The translations under genes and the position numbers were made by a program. The notes beneath the pieces are model-generated. The model had not been told where the DNA came from, made no database searches, and saw only the letters and a program-made list of their open reading frames with translations. A DNA stretch of 64,000 nt from an uncultured Ignavibacteriales bacterium (GTDB taxonomy: Bacteria > Bacteroidota > Ignavibacteria > Ignavibacteriales > Ignavibacteriaceae): positions 59,093 through 123,092 of the forward strand of contig CAVUOL010000075.1 in assembly GCA_963742995.1 (NCBI GenBank). The letters are read 5' to 3'. Of the stretch, positions 1 to 9,769 are shown piece after piece (position 1 is the stretch's first letter; every line of letters begins with the position of its first letter).

Positions 1-374
1 GCGATAGTACCAGCATTTATAAATTAACCGGTGCTGCTGGATTTGAGTTTCAAAGATCTTACGGAGGATTTATTCACAAAGGCGTTTTAGTATTTGTAGA
101 CAAAACCGGCAAAATTGTTCGCTATATGAATCCTAATTATACAAGAAAAGGGGACTTTCAAATATTACCCGCAGCTTTCGAATTATCAATAGAAGATGCT
201 TCCAGCGGTATAGTGAAATCTACAATAGAAAATGTTTTAGCAACCTGTGCTTCCTTTATACCAAAAGGTAAGGATGCATATATATTGCTGCTTATTTTCA
301 TAGTTGGATTTCTAACAATTTCTACAGTAATAATTATTATTAAAAAAGCAAAAGTTGCTAAAGCAATAAAATAA
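1..374 (+). CDS. SCO1/SenC-family thioredoxin-fold protein, C-terminal fragment (gene starts upstream of window)
   Basis: Frame 3 is open from nt 3 to the stop at 372-374. The tail ...GKIVRYMNPNY..DFQILPAAFELSIEDASSG.. followed by a hydrophobic C-terminal anchor (ILLLIFIVGFLTISTVIIII) resembles the C-terminal half of long SCO-family proteins as I recall them (YLYG..DL.LAL.EAS.G). Confidence 0.5.
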   Translation, partial: DSTSIYKLTGAAGFEFQRSYGGFIHKGVLVFVDKTGKIVRYMNPNYTRKGDFQILPAAFELSIEDASSGIVKSTIENVLATCASFIPKGKDAYILLLIFIVGFLTISTVIIIIKKAKVAKAIK

Positions 375-478
375 ATATTCTGTTATAAGAAATAAGGTCC
401 TGTCTTTTAAATCTTGCCAGCCCGTTAAAACGGAGTAGCCGGGTCTGTTCGGCAAAATGAAGTGAAGACGGTCAATTC

Positions 479-510
479 TGCAATCTTGTAATTTTGCAAT
501 TTTGTAATTT
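479..510. repeat. 16-bp tandem duplication TGCAAT(C/T)TTGTAATTT x2
   Basis: Unit 1 at 479-494 and unit 2 at 495-510 differ at one base. Lies between convergent gene ends. Confidence 0.8.
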
Positions 511-515
511 CCTCT

Positions 516-1568
516 TCATTCCTCAACGATCCCTTTAAGCCCGAATATTTTTATTTTCTCCATTTTCCCCTTTAATTGATATTCTCCTACATATTCTGTT
601 TTAAGGTATTCGGGTAGCTTAAGATTTTTCAGCATATACTCACTAACTAAAAAATCTTGACCATAATCTTTACATTTTTCCTGTAATCTTGCTGTTGTAT
701 TTAATACATCCCCATGATAAACAATCTCTTTCTTTATAGTCCCTATCCAGGTAACTGATACATTACCCGCATGCATCGCAGCTTTAAACTCAGGGTAAAC
801 ATCATACTTCTTTAAGTATCCATTTTTATTTAATTCAATAATGTTTCTTATATCATAAAAGCAATGGATACATCTTGCATCTTTAATCCCTTCTGCAAAT
901 GACCATGTAAGAACTATTTCATCCCCTATATATTGGTATACTTCGGCTTTCGACATTAAAATTGCATCGGTCATATCTGCAAAATAATCAATTAAAAATT
1001 CACTGTATCGCAAATTGCCGAGCTTCTCGGCAATTGTTGTAGATGAATTCAAATCTATGAATAGAAATATTCTGTCTACTTCTTCAGGCTTATGATATTT
1101 CCCGGTTACATACTTAATTAAATCACCGGGCCTGTGCAGTCTTCTTATCTGTATAAGTGCAATTAATACAGAAGAAATTATAATGATGATAATTAGATCG
1201 CGGAAATAATTTTCCTCGAAAAGGGCAGAATTAAGAGCACCGGTAATTGTTAAATCTTTTGTTAGGAATTTCGTCGTAGAATTTACAAATAGTAAAAAAA
1301 AGGCAAAGACAAATGAATAAACCAAACTCCGGAATAATAGAAGGAATAGATATGTTTTGCTTCTGAACCTGCCGAGAAATAGAAACTCCTCACAAAATCC
1401 GATTGCTGTCCCGACAAAAAACCCTATTAACAATCCGTTGAAGGTTGGACGGAAATTATCAATTTTATCAATTTCCTGCAGTAGAAACCCGATTGCTGCC
1501 CCTACAATAGTTCCAATAATCCAAAAGTATGTAACGTTCTTTAATTTATAGTTTCTTGTTAAAAACAT
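516..1568 (-). CDS. membrane-anchored class III adenylate/guanylate cyclase
   Basis: 350-aa ORF. The N-terminal half has several hydrophobic helices. The C-terminal half has cyclase catalytic-domain motifs: IFLFIDLNSST, YIGDEIVLTW, GDVLNTTARLQ. Confidence 0.85.
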   Translation of the reverse strand: MFLTRNYKLKNVTYFWIIGTIVGAAIGFLLQEIDKIDNFRPTFNGLLIGFFVGTAIGFCEEFLFLGRFRSKTYLFLLLFRSLVYSFVFAFFLLFVNSTTKFLTKDLTITGALNSALFEENYFRDLIIIIIISSVLIALIQIRRLHRPGDLIKYVTGKYHKPEEVDRIFLFIDLNSSTTIAEKLGNLRYSEFLIDYFADMTDAILMSKAEVYQYIGDEIVLTWSFAEGIKDARCIHCFYDIRNIIELNKNGYLKKYDVYPEFKAAMHAGNVSVTWIGTIKKEIVYHGDVLNTTARLQEKCKDYGQDFLVSEYMLKNLKLPEYLKTEYVGEYQLKGKMEKIKIFGLKGIVEE

Positions 1569-1581
1569 TGTATACGGTCTT

Positions 1582-3639
1582 CTACTCTCTCAATTCCTTT
1601 TCAAATTCCCGAATATCTCTATTCTGCTCCTCACTAAATCTCCAATCCGGGAGTTTTGACTGCATAATATTAAAAATTTCTTTAGCTTTTTCTTTGTTTC
1701 CGTTATTCAAATAATACCTAGAAATATAAAAAATGCTGAAATTATTAAATAAATTATTTACCGTTGGTTGCATAATCATCTGGTTATTAAAATTCCTAAA
1801 TCTATATTTTTTAAGCAGATTCGTTTCCAATTGCCTCGACAAAATTGAATCTCCTTTAATAGGTACTAATTCTCGGATCATACCTACGGTATTAACATTA
1901 TTATATAATCCTGCCATACTGCTTGTATCTACTGAAAAGTCAAAGTATACAGGCCTCTTTTTACTGTTTGCTATAAGTAATTCTATTAATGCTTTATCCT
2001 GCGGAAGCAATCCCTGGACTTTTCCAAAACTCCGTCCGGCGTATTTTATTTTTATCGTATCTTTTTTCCTTAACGATGAATCTCTAAATGCTAAGTTTAT
2101 AGTTACCGCAGAATCAATACGGGAAAGACGAAATCTATCAGGGTTCAATATTTCCGAACTAACAGGGAATAAATAATATGTTCGTTGCAATTGCTCCACA
2201 TAATAATTTGTGTTTAAAAGGCTCAAATTAATTACCGCAACATCGTTACGAACACCTTCAACACTTTGCAAATACATTAGCGGAAAAGTATCATTATCTC
2301 CATTAGTAAATAATATAGCATTTTTACCGCATCCGGCAAGCAAATTATAAGCAAAGTCATTCGGGAAGTAATATCCGCTTCTATCACATTTAAACCAATT
2401 AGTAACAATAATATTTAAAGGAAGTATTAAAAAACTAACCAGTGAAAAAATAACGACAGAACTTTTGTATGAAAGGTCTATTTTCACCAGCAGGTTATGG
2501 ACCAGGTTCACCAGGAAGTATAACCCAATTCCGATCCAGAGAATAAAAACAAAAAATGAAGGAATGAAAAGACGGTCAATTTCTCTAATAAACTCAAAGC
2601 CTTCTTGTATATTTGAATAAACAACTAACCCGAATGAAAAGAAAAAAAATTCTGAAAATATTAAAACCCATATCTTAAACTTTTTAATTAAAGAATAGAT
2701 AAAACCCGCCATTCCCAATAATAAAGGTATATAAGAAAAATAAATCTGGTTGAATATTGTCCCGCTGCCCTGAGCTCCTAAAAAGTTCCACCCGAAATAA
2801 CGGAGATACATATGATTTATTTGATAACTCCACAACGGCCCTCTCCGGTTAAAAATGATCGAGAAGTTCGATTCACCATAACGTTTCATATCAATCCATG
2901 CAAATAATTGAGAGATATTTTGAATATCATCCATTGCAAAAGGTGGATGAAGCGGCGAACGAATTAATATGAATAGGTTTAATGAAAATCCTAATAAATA
3001 TAAACCTGCCATAATGAACCAGAACCGGAATAATTTCAATTCTTTCCTTAAAGGGAAAATTAATAATAATATGACAACAGGGTAGAAAGGTGTATTCAAA
3101 CGATGTGCTGTATAATCTATGCCCAGAATAAATATAATTAAAAATATCAGCCTTGTTTTTTCAATCTCATCTTCGGAAAACCAAATTTTAATTGAACAGT
3201 AAATAATAATGCTGGTTAATAACAAACCTGCGATATATATTCTAGATGTAATCGATTCAGTCCATATACTGTATAAAAAGGGGAGTGAGAGTCCAGTAAA
3301 AAAAGAAGTTAAGGTTTTTCCTGGTTCGGGGAATTGTAAAGATAAATTATCGAAAATTATTAACAAAGTGTAATAAGCAAATACTGACGCAAAACATGCC
3401 GAAATTATATTTACTAGTGTTGCCGCTTTTATTGCCGGTAGAAAAAATAATATAATGACAAATACCCGCCCTACCAAAACATAAAGTATTGAACCTCCCG
3501 GATCCGGTATGCTTAGATTGAATGCATTGGAAGCGTAAATTCCGCTGTCCCACCAGCCGATTGAAGGATATGATGTATAATAAAGCAAAATAAAAACTAA
3601 AATGAAAAGAATCCCCGCAGCAGCCCGTTTAAATAACAC
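1582..3639 (-). CDS. DUF2723-type polytopic membrane protein (putative glycosyl/mannosyl-transferase-like)
   Basis: 685-aa ORF with more than 10 predicted TM helices. N-terminal GWWDSGIYASNAF..PDPGGSILYVLVGR resembles the DUF2723 signature. C-terminal soluble TPR-like tail. Confidence 0.7.
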   Translation of the reverse strand: MLFKRAAAGILFILVFILLYYTSYPSIGWWDSGIYASNAFNLSIPDPGGSILYVLVGRVFVIILFFLPAIKAATLVNIISACFASVFAYYTLLIIFDNLSLQFPEPGKTLTSFFTGLSLPFLYSIWTESITSRIYIAGLLLTSIIIYCSIKIWFSEDEIEKTRLIFLIIFILGIDYTAHRLNTPFYPVVILLLIFPLRKELKLFRFWFIMAGLYLLGFSLNLFILIRSPLHPPFAMDDIQNISQLFAWIDMKRYGESNFSIIFNRRGPLWSYQINHMYLRYFGWNFLGAQGSGTIFNQIYFSYIPLLLGMAGFIYSLIKKFKIWVLIFSEFFFFSFGLVVYSNIQEGFEFIREIDRLFIPSFFVFILWIGIGLYFLVNLVHNLLVKIDLSYKSSVVIFSLVSFLILPLNIIVTNWFKCDRSGYYFPNDFAYNLLAGCGKNAILFTNGDNDTFPLMYLQSVEGVRNDVAVINLSLLNTNYYVEQLQRTYYLFPVSSEILNPDRFRLSRIDSAVTINLAFRDSSLRKKDTIKIKYAGRSFGKVQGLLPQDKALIELLIANSKKRPVYFDFSVDTSSMAGLYNNVNTVGMIRELVPIKGDSILSRQLETNLLKKYRFRNFNNQMIMQPTVNNLFNNFSIFYISRYYLNNGNKEKAKEIFNIMQSKLPDWRFSEEQNRDIREFEKELRE

Positions 3640-3840
3640 ACTCTCTCCCTTTAATACTCTTCAATACTACAACGTAATTTAATCAATTTAAATTACAAAT
3701 TAATAATGACAGCAGCATTCTCTACTCTAACTCTAAAAAACCTACGAAATAAATTAGGTTTACGGCCATTTTTTCACTTCGCCAATATTTTTTACTAATC
3801 AAAAGTTATCCCAAAACCATCATTCCGGCTAACAATTAAA

Positions 3841-3868
3841 AATTAAGCAATTAAGCAATTCAACAATT
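3841..3868. repeat. short tandem word repeat AATTAAGCA x2 plus degenerate copy
   Basis: aattaagcaattaagcaattcaacaatt read directly in the spacer upstream of the DUF2892 gene. Confidence 0.7.
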
Positions 3869-3936
3869 ATTTAACCCATGAATCCTTTTTAACCATCCCT
3901 AATCTAACTCTTATTAAAATATAAAGGTATATTATT

Positions 3937-4134
3937 ATGAAAAAAAATATTGGCTCTGTAGATAAGGTAATTAGAATTTTATTAGCAGTTCTTTTTGCTG
4001 TATTAATTTTTACAAATGTAATATCCGGCTGGCTGGCAATAGCTTTAGGTATATTCGCTGTAGTTTTTTTATCGACCGGACTTTTAGGGTTTTGTCCCTT
4101 ATATGCTGCATTCAAATTGAGTACAAATAAATAA
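3937..4134 (+). CDS. DUF2892 (YgaP-like) small membrane protein
   Basis: 65 aa. MKKNIGSVDKVIRILLAV...GFCPLYAAFKLST matches the DUF2892 pattern (two TM helices, conserved C-P-x-Y). Confidence 0.75.
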   Translation: MKKNIGSVDKVIRILLAVLFAVLIFTNVISGWLAIALGIFAVVFLSTGLLGFCPLYAAFKLSTNK

Positions 4135-4234
4135 AATAATTCCGGATCCATTCCGGAATTATTTTACACCATTTTACACTTGATATAGAATCATCCCCAT
4201 TGAATCTCATTCAAAGACAAAATTTTCATTGTTC

Positions 4235-4274
4235 CCACTACCCACAACCTACAACCAACCACCACACAACCTCC
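4235..4274. repeat. C/A-only low-complexity tract
   Basis: ccactacccacaacctacaaccaaccaccacacaacctcc: no G and almost no T over about 40 nt, in a spacer between two plus-strand genes. Confidence 0.8.
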
Positions 4275-4379
4275 TTATTGTTATTAATAATTTTCTTCTT
4301 TAACTTTACTCTCAATTCCACAAACGTTCCCGTATTTTAAATAATTTTTCCACATCAATATTAACTTTGGAGGGTTTCT

Positions 4380-5153
4380 ATGAAAAAATTCCATCCGTTC
4401 TATTCTATTTGTTTTTTGTTAGCTTTTTTGTTCGGCACATTTTCTGCAATTGCTCAGGACCAGCCGAAAGATCAGCTCTTCTGGGTTCATGAGGAAAAGG
4501 CAAAAATAAGCATGCTGGACCAATATGAAAAAACTAACAAAGATATTATAAATATGTTCAAAGAAGGTGGATTAAATGTTGAAATGAATGTATCCGAACA
4601 GGACGACAATCTTTTTTATTTTCTAATCCCCATCTCATCATATGCTGATATCGATTCAATTTATAAAAACTTCAGATCAGCATCTGAAAAAGTGGGAAAA
4701 GACAAATGGTCGAGTGCAATGGTTGAAAATTCTGCCGCTGTTGAATATTCTAAAGATGCTGTAGTTACTCATTCCGGGAAATATTCTTATATGCCTAAAA
4801 ATCCCCGTTTAAAACCGGATGAAGTTAAATTTATCCACTTTGATTATTTTTATGTAATGCCTGAAAAAAGAAAAGAGTTCTTTGATTTAGCAAGACAATA
4901 CAAAGAATTAAACGAAAAAGATAATATTGATATAGGATATAATGTCTGGATACCGGAATTTGGATTCGATAACGACATGGTAGTTGTTACAACAGATGCA
5001 AAAGATGCTCTGGATTTTTACCAAACAAATAATATGGTTAATGAAAAATTAGGTAAAGACGGAGATATGCTCTGGGATAAAATGATAAAAACTCTTAAAA
5101 ATTTTACACACATAAATGGTCACCCCCGAATTGATCTCTCTATGATGAAATAA
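4380..5153 (+). CDS. hypothetical secreted protein (signal peptide)
   Basis: 257-aa ORF with GGAGGG about 8 nt upstream. N-terminus MKKFHPFYSICFLLAFLFGTFSAIAQ looks like a signal peptide. No family recognised. Confidence 0.6.
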   Translation: MKKFHPFYSICFLLAFLFGTFSAIAQDQPKDQLFWVHEEKAKISMLDQYEKTNKDIINMFKEGGLNVEMNVSEQDDNLFYFLIPISSYADIDSIYKNFRSASEKVGKDKWSSAMVENSAAVEYSKDAVVTHSGKYSYMPKNPRLKPDEVKFIHFDYFYVMPEKRKEFFDLARQYKELNEKDNIDIGYNVWIPEFGFDNDMVVVTTDAKDALDFYQTNNMVNEKLGKDGDMLWDKMIKTLKNFTHINGHPRIDLSMMK

Positions 5154-5160
5154 AAAACAA

Positions 5161-5195
5161 GTGCCAGTCACCTCAATGGTGACTGGCACTTTTAT
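5161..5195. terminator. bidirectional rho-independent terminator between convergent genes
   Basis: Perfect 12-bp stem GTGCCAGTCACC / GGTGACTGGCAC with a 5-nt loop. T-run follows on the plus strand and an A-run precedes it (T-run on the minus strand). Confidence 0.85.
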
Positions 5196-5220
5196 ATCTG
5201 GATTTGTTGTTTTTAATTTA

Positions 5221-5270
5221 TTGAAATTTATATTTTATTTGAAATTTGTATTTTTATCATTTGATATTTA
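5221..5270. repeat. AT-rich tandem word repeat TTGAAATTT(A/G)TATTTT
   Basis: ttgaaatttatatttta / tttgaaatttgtattttta / tcatttgatattta read consecutively. Confidence 0.6.
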
Positions 5271-5299
5271 AACCTTACCTAATGCTGTTTTCATACCCA

Positions 5300-7796
5300 T
5301 TATTTGATTTTCTTATTTAAAGCATCCAATTCGACCTTAATAGGTTTAACATTCCATATTTTCTCAGCATATTCCTTAATTGATCTGTCCGACGAAAATT
5401 TACCTATTCTTGCACAATTAAGTATAGATTTTTTTGTCCACTCATCCAGATTTCTATATAAATTATCAACTTTTTTCTGGGCCTTTATATAAGGATCATA
5501 ATCGGGAAAAAGACAATAATAATCATAGTCTAGTAACCCCTCTATAATCGGCTGGAATATCCCAGGCTCATTTCTGTTAAAGTAATTCCCCGCAATCATA
5601 TCAACAATCCTTCTTATTTCATGATTTTTGTTATAATATTCTTTCGGGTTGTAACCGCTATTTTTTAGCATGACTACTTCATCTGATAATAGCCCGAATA
5701 TTATTATATTCTCTTCTCCTATTTCCTCCCGCATTTCAACATTTGCTCCGTCCATCGTTCCGATTGTTATTGCACCGTTTAATGCAAGTTTCATATTACC
5801 GGTTCCAGAAGCCTCGAATCCCGCCGTAGATATCTGCTCCGAAAGATCCGCAGCAGGTATTATCTTTTCTGCAAGTGTTACTGAATAATTCTTAAGAAAA
5901 ACAATCTTTAATTTATCCCCTACATCCTGATCATTATTTACTACTTCTGCAACTGAATTAATTAGTTTAATTACAAGTTTTGCCATATAATATGCCGGTG
6001 CAGCCTTTCCACTGAATATTACCGTCCGTGGCACAATATCAAGATTCGGATTATCTTTTATCCTATTATACAATGTTATTATATGGAAAACATTTAATAG
6101 CTGTCTCTTATATTCATGGAACCTCTTTATCTGAACATCAAACATTGACTCCGGGTTTATTTTAATATTATGTTCATTCTGAATATAACCAATTAATAAT
6201 TTCTTAGTCAGCCATTTGCTGCTTCGCCAGTTTTCCCTGAATTCAGGATCATCAATAAAATTTTCCAGCTTTTTCAATTCTGTTAGTTTTGTTATCCAGC
6301 TAAAGCCTATCTTATCGGATATTAAACCTGATAATAACGGATTAGCAGTTTTTAACCACCTTCTTGGCGTTATTCCATTTGTTACATTTACAAATTTTTG
6401 AGGATATATCTGATAAAAATGATGAAATATATTTTTCTTTAATATCTCCGTATGTAATGCCGCAACTCCATTTATATTATGGCTCCCGATAATAGCTAGG
6501 TTTGACATCCTTATTTTCTTCTCCGGGTGCTTCCCTTACAATGGAAATCTCTGCAATGATTGAATCATCTGTAGTATAATTTTTTACAACAAATTCAATG
6601 AATCGTCTGTTTATTTCATAAATTATCATTAAATGGCGGGGTAAAAGATTTTCCATAATCGTTATCGACCATTCTTCAAGCGCTTCCGGAACTACAGTAT
6701 GGTTTGTATAGGAAAATGTTTTTGTAGTTATCTCCCACGCATCATCCCAGCTTAAATTTTCTTCATCAATAAGAATTCGCATCAGCTCCGGTATTGCTAT
6801 AACCGGGTGCGTATCATTCAATTGTATCGCTGTTTTTTCTGCAAACTTATCGTAGGTTTTATGATTAATTTTATATTTTCTTATAATATCCTGAAGCGTC
6901 GCTGATACAAAAAAATATTGCTGCCTTAATCTTAAATATTTCCCCTTATCAATTGTATCATTGGGATATAATACCTTTGAAATATTTTCTGAATTGTTCT
7001 TGCTTTCTACTGCTGCTAAATAATTGCCGCTGTTAAAGTCTTCAAAATTGAAAGATCTCGTTGCTCTGGCTTCCCACAATCTTAAGTTATTGACCGTATT
7101 GGTATTGTATCCGGGAACAGGAACATCGTATGCAATTGCCATTACATCCTGTGTCTCTGCCCATTCAAATTTTAATTTATCGTTTGAACTCTGGACTACC
7201 TTTCCATAAAATTTAACTCTGTAAGCTAATTTTCTTCTTAAAATTTCCCATGGATTTCCGAATATTAGCCAGTTATCCGCTCTCTCAACCTGGTAACCAT
7301 TTTGAATTTCCTGTTCAAATATTCCGAACCTATACCTTATACCGTATCCGAATGCTGGCAGCTCCATTGTCGCCATCGAATCTAAAAAACAAGCTGCTAA
7401 CCTCCCTAAACCCCCGTTTCCTAATCCCATATCATTTTCATAATCTCTGATGGCTTCTAAGCTGTAGCCGTTTTCTTTAAGGATATTATAGCATTCATCA
7501 TAATATCCAAGATTAATAAGTGCATTTCCAAGTAGTCTTCCCATCAAATATTCCATTGATAAATAATAGACCCTTTTTGCATCTTCCTGTGTATATTTTA
7601 ACTGCGTTCGTAGCCATCTTCTTACAAGCCGGTCTCTTATTGATAATGATAATGCATAGTATGCATCTTCTCCTGTTGCAGTAAATTTATCCTTTACCAG
7701 CATAAATTCCATATGTTCCGCAAATTGGTTGGTAAGTGAATAACTTTCAAGGCTTTCTTTATCTGTAAAAAATACAGAACCGTTTTTAAGTCCCAT
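5300..7796 (-). pseudogene. glgP: glycogen/alpha-glucan phosphorylase split by one frame change (true pseudogene or assembly indel)
   Basis: A 439-aa N-terminal ORF (6477..7796; LGNGGLGRLAACFLDS) and a 402-aa C-terminal ORF (5300..6508; GVAALHTEILK, EASGTGNMKLALNGA with the PLP lysine) overlap by 32 nt in different frames. Together they total about 835 aa, normal for GlgP. The frame switch must lie at about 6509-6530 (GGAGAAGAAAATAAGG on the coding strand). Confidence 0.8.
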
Positions 7797-7867
7797 GAAA
7801 CCTCTTTAAAAATTCTGGTTTAGAAATTTGAAATTTTAATATATCTTTATTTATTTGTAATTAATTT

Positions 7868-8360
7868 TCACTCATCATCAAGTTCCGAAAGTAAATTTAT
7901 AACATCCAGATGTTTTGTTTCCATTTGTAAATGCCCTTCCGTATCAATCGGCCATTTTTCTTCTTCTCTATCTGCATACAATTCAACCCCGTTTCCATCC
8001 GGATCGGTAATATAAATTGATTCCGAAACTCCATGATCCGATGCACCCTCTATCTTATAATTGACCTCAAATAATCTCTTTGCTATTCTTGCCAATTCTT
8101 TTCTGGAAGGATAAAGTATTGCAAAATGGTAAAGTCCCGTATGACCATCTGGAGGAGGGGTTGCCCCTTTCACCTGCCCATGTGTTTAATCCTATATGAT
8201 GATGATATCCTCCGGCAGATAAAAAAACTGCAGAATCTCCATAACCTTGTGTTATTTCAAATCCCAACAGATCCCTATAAAATTTTAATGACCGGTCAAG
8301 ATCTGAAACTGTTAAATGTATATGCCCGATCCTTGTTTCCGGATGAATTCTAAATTCCAC
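7868..8360 (-). pseudogene. VOC/glyoxalase-family (extradiol dioxygenase-like) protein split by one frame change
   Basis: ORFs 8067..8360 (IGHIHLTVSDLDRSLKFYRDLLGFE...HHHIGLNTWAG) and 7868..8173 (KGATPPPDGHTGLYHFAILYP...DPDGNGVELY) are contiguous halves of one VOC protein in different frames. The junction is at about 8160-8180 (G4/C4/T3 runs). Confidence 0.75.
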
Positions 8361-8414
8361 AAATCCATCCTTTCATATTAAACTTCAAAAAAAACTAAAT
8401 TTAAATGAATATAA

Positions 8415-8486
8415 AATCGTAATCGTAATACTGTGCTCATAATCGTAATCGTACTCGTACTCGTACTCGTACTCTTAATCGTATAA
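8415..8486. repeat. imperfect hexamer tandem array (AATCGT / ACTCGT)n
   Basis: aatcgtaatcgtaatactgtgctcataatcgtaatcgtactcgtactcgtactcgtactcttaatcgta. The same AATCGT words recur at 11471-11500 and 15311-15364, and inverted (GTTACGATA x2) at 48668-48685. Confidence 0.85.
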
Positions 8487-8656
8487 CAATAATACAAAAT
8501 ATATTTATTTACCAATATAAATTGATATTGTACAAAAAATCTAAACAGTTCTTAACTCATTTACAAATTGAAAACATTAGATTCCCCCAAATTAATCCCT
8601 TCTCCCCCTCAATTATAATTTGTTATTCACAATCTTTAATATCTATCTAATAGATT

Positions 8657-8772
8657 CCACCATTCCAATACTCCATCATTCCATCATCCCCACTATGAAT
8701 GACAATCGAATGACCACCGAATGACATGACTACCAACATGTCCACAACTCCATTATCCCAATACTCCAATTC
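8657..8772. repeat. C-rich word-repeat tract (CCATTCC/CCAATACTCCA/CGAATGAC words)
   Basis: CCAATACTCCA occurs at 8665-8675 and 8758-8768. AATGAC words occur at 8698, 8709 and 8720 (11-bp period). G-poor on the plus strand. Confidence 0.75.
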
Positions 8773-8776
8773 TTCT

Positions 8777-9486
8777 TCATTTCCTCATCCTGCTAGAAAT
8801 TTCCTCCATCAGTTCCACCTGTATCTGCTGTATCTCAAGCATCCTTTGCCCATGCTGAACAAGCATATGATCTATCTTATCATGCAGCAGTCTTATCTCA
8901 ACTTCCGCCTTTAAATTAACCTGGTAATCATGAAGAGACCTCATACGATCCTTTTCCTCCTGCCGGTTTTGACTCATCATTATTACCGGCGCCTGGATAG
9001 CGGCTATACATGAAAGTATTAAATTTAAAGGATAAAGGGAAAGGGATCAAAAGCTCTGGTTGTAAGGAAAATGACATTTATAATCATCCAGACAATTAAA
9101 AAGGACATGAAAAAAATAATGAACTTCCAGCTCCCTCCGAATTTTGCAATATTGTCTGAAAGTCTCTGTCCAAAAGTTATTTTTTGATCAATATCCTTCT
9201 CAACATTCCTGGTAATTAAATCTCTTTCAACAATACTATCCAGCACTTCCTTATCGTTCGTATTAAGAACTCCCTTTTCTTCCTCCATTACACTTTGAAT
9301 ATACTGCTTTCTGTATTTATTCAGATCATCTAAACACACATAACCTTGCGGATCAAGTTCATATCCATCCTTGTTTATAAGTTGTAAAATCGGCTCTCGA
9401 ATTGAAACAACCGGACGCATTTGAGAAATCTTTTTTTCTTTCTTACATACCTGACATACTGCTGAATCACGGTTCATATTTTTCAT
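8777..9486 (-). pseudogene. DUF1003 membrane protein split by one frame change
   Basis: ORF 9025..9486 ends ...FGGSWKFIIFFMSFLIVWMIINVIFL..RAFDPFPFIL*. The next frame continues LNLILSCIAAIQAPVIMMSQNRQEEKDR... into ORF 8777..8980, which is the canonical DUF1003 continuation. A 1-nt change in the A3/T3/A3 run at 9021-9030 would restore a single ORF. Confidence 0.75.
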
Positions 9487-9769
9487 ATTCTCTGCTCCGT
9501 TTACTAATGAATTATTTTATTTTCAGTTTTAACATTATATGAAAGGTAAAATAAAATATTATTCCTTAAATATCATAATCCTTTTACCCCACTGAACAAT
9601 AATATTTCTTTTTTCTTGCTCATGCTTGTGCGCTTATCTTCCCCTCACTCTTCCAGAGTCAATTCATTATTAATCTTAAACGCATCCGTATGCCATTCAA
9701 GCAGCATTTCTGCATGGCTTTACCAGAGTTTTTAGCGGAAGGTCGAAATTTTTAATTAAGTTGGAAGCT

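Noticed and set aside
3867-4151. 94-aa minus-strand ORF overlapping the DUF2892 gene
   Set aside because: The plus-strand 65-aa product matches a known small-membrane-protein pattern, while the antisense translation has no features.
6477-6530. Programmed ribosomal frameshift in glgP
   Set aside because: There is no recognisable slippery heptamer plus downstream structure. Two neighbouring unrelated genes show the same kind of break, so an indel (real or artefactual) is the simpler explanation.
8415-8486. CRISPR array?
   Set aside because: The repeat unit is only 6 nt and imperfect. There are no unique spacers of regular length, and no cas genes occur in the window.
8726-8914. 62-aa plus-strand ORF across the C-rich word tract
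   Set aside because: Its translation is repeat-driven low complexity, and its 3' part is antisense to the C-terminal half of the DUF1003 gene.
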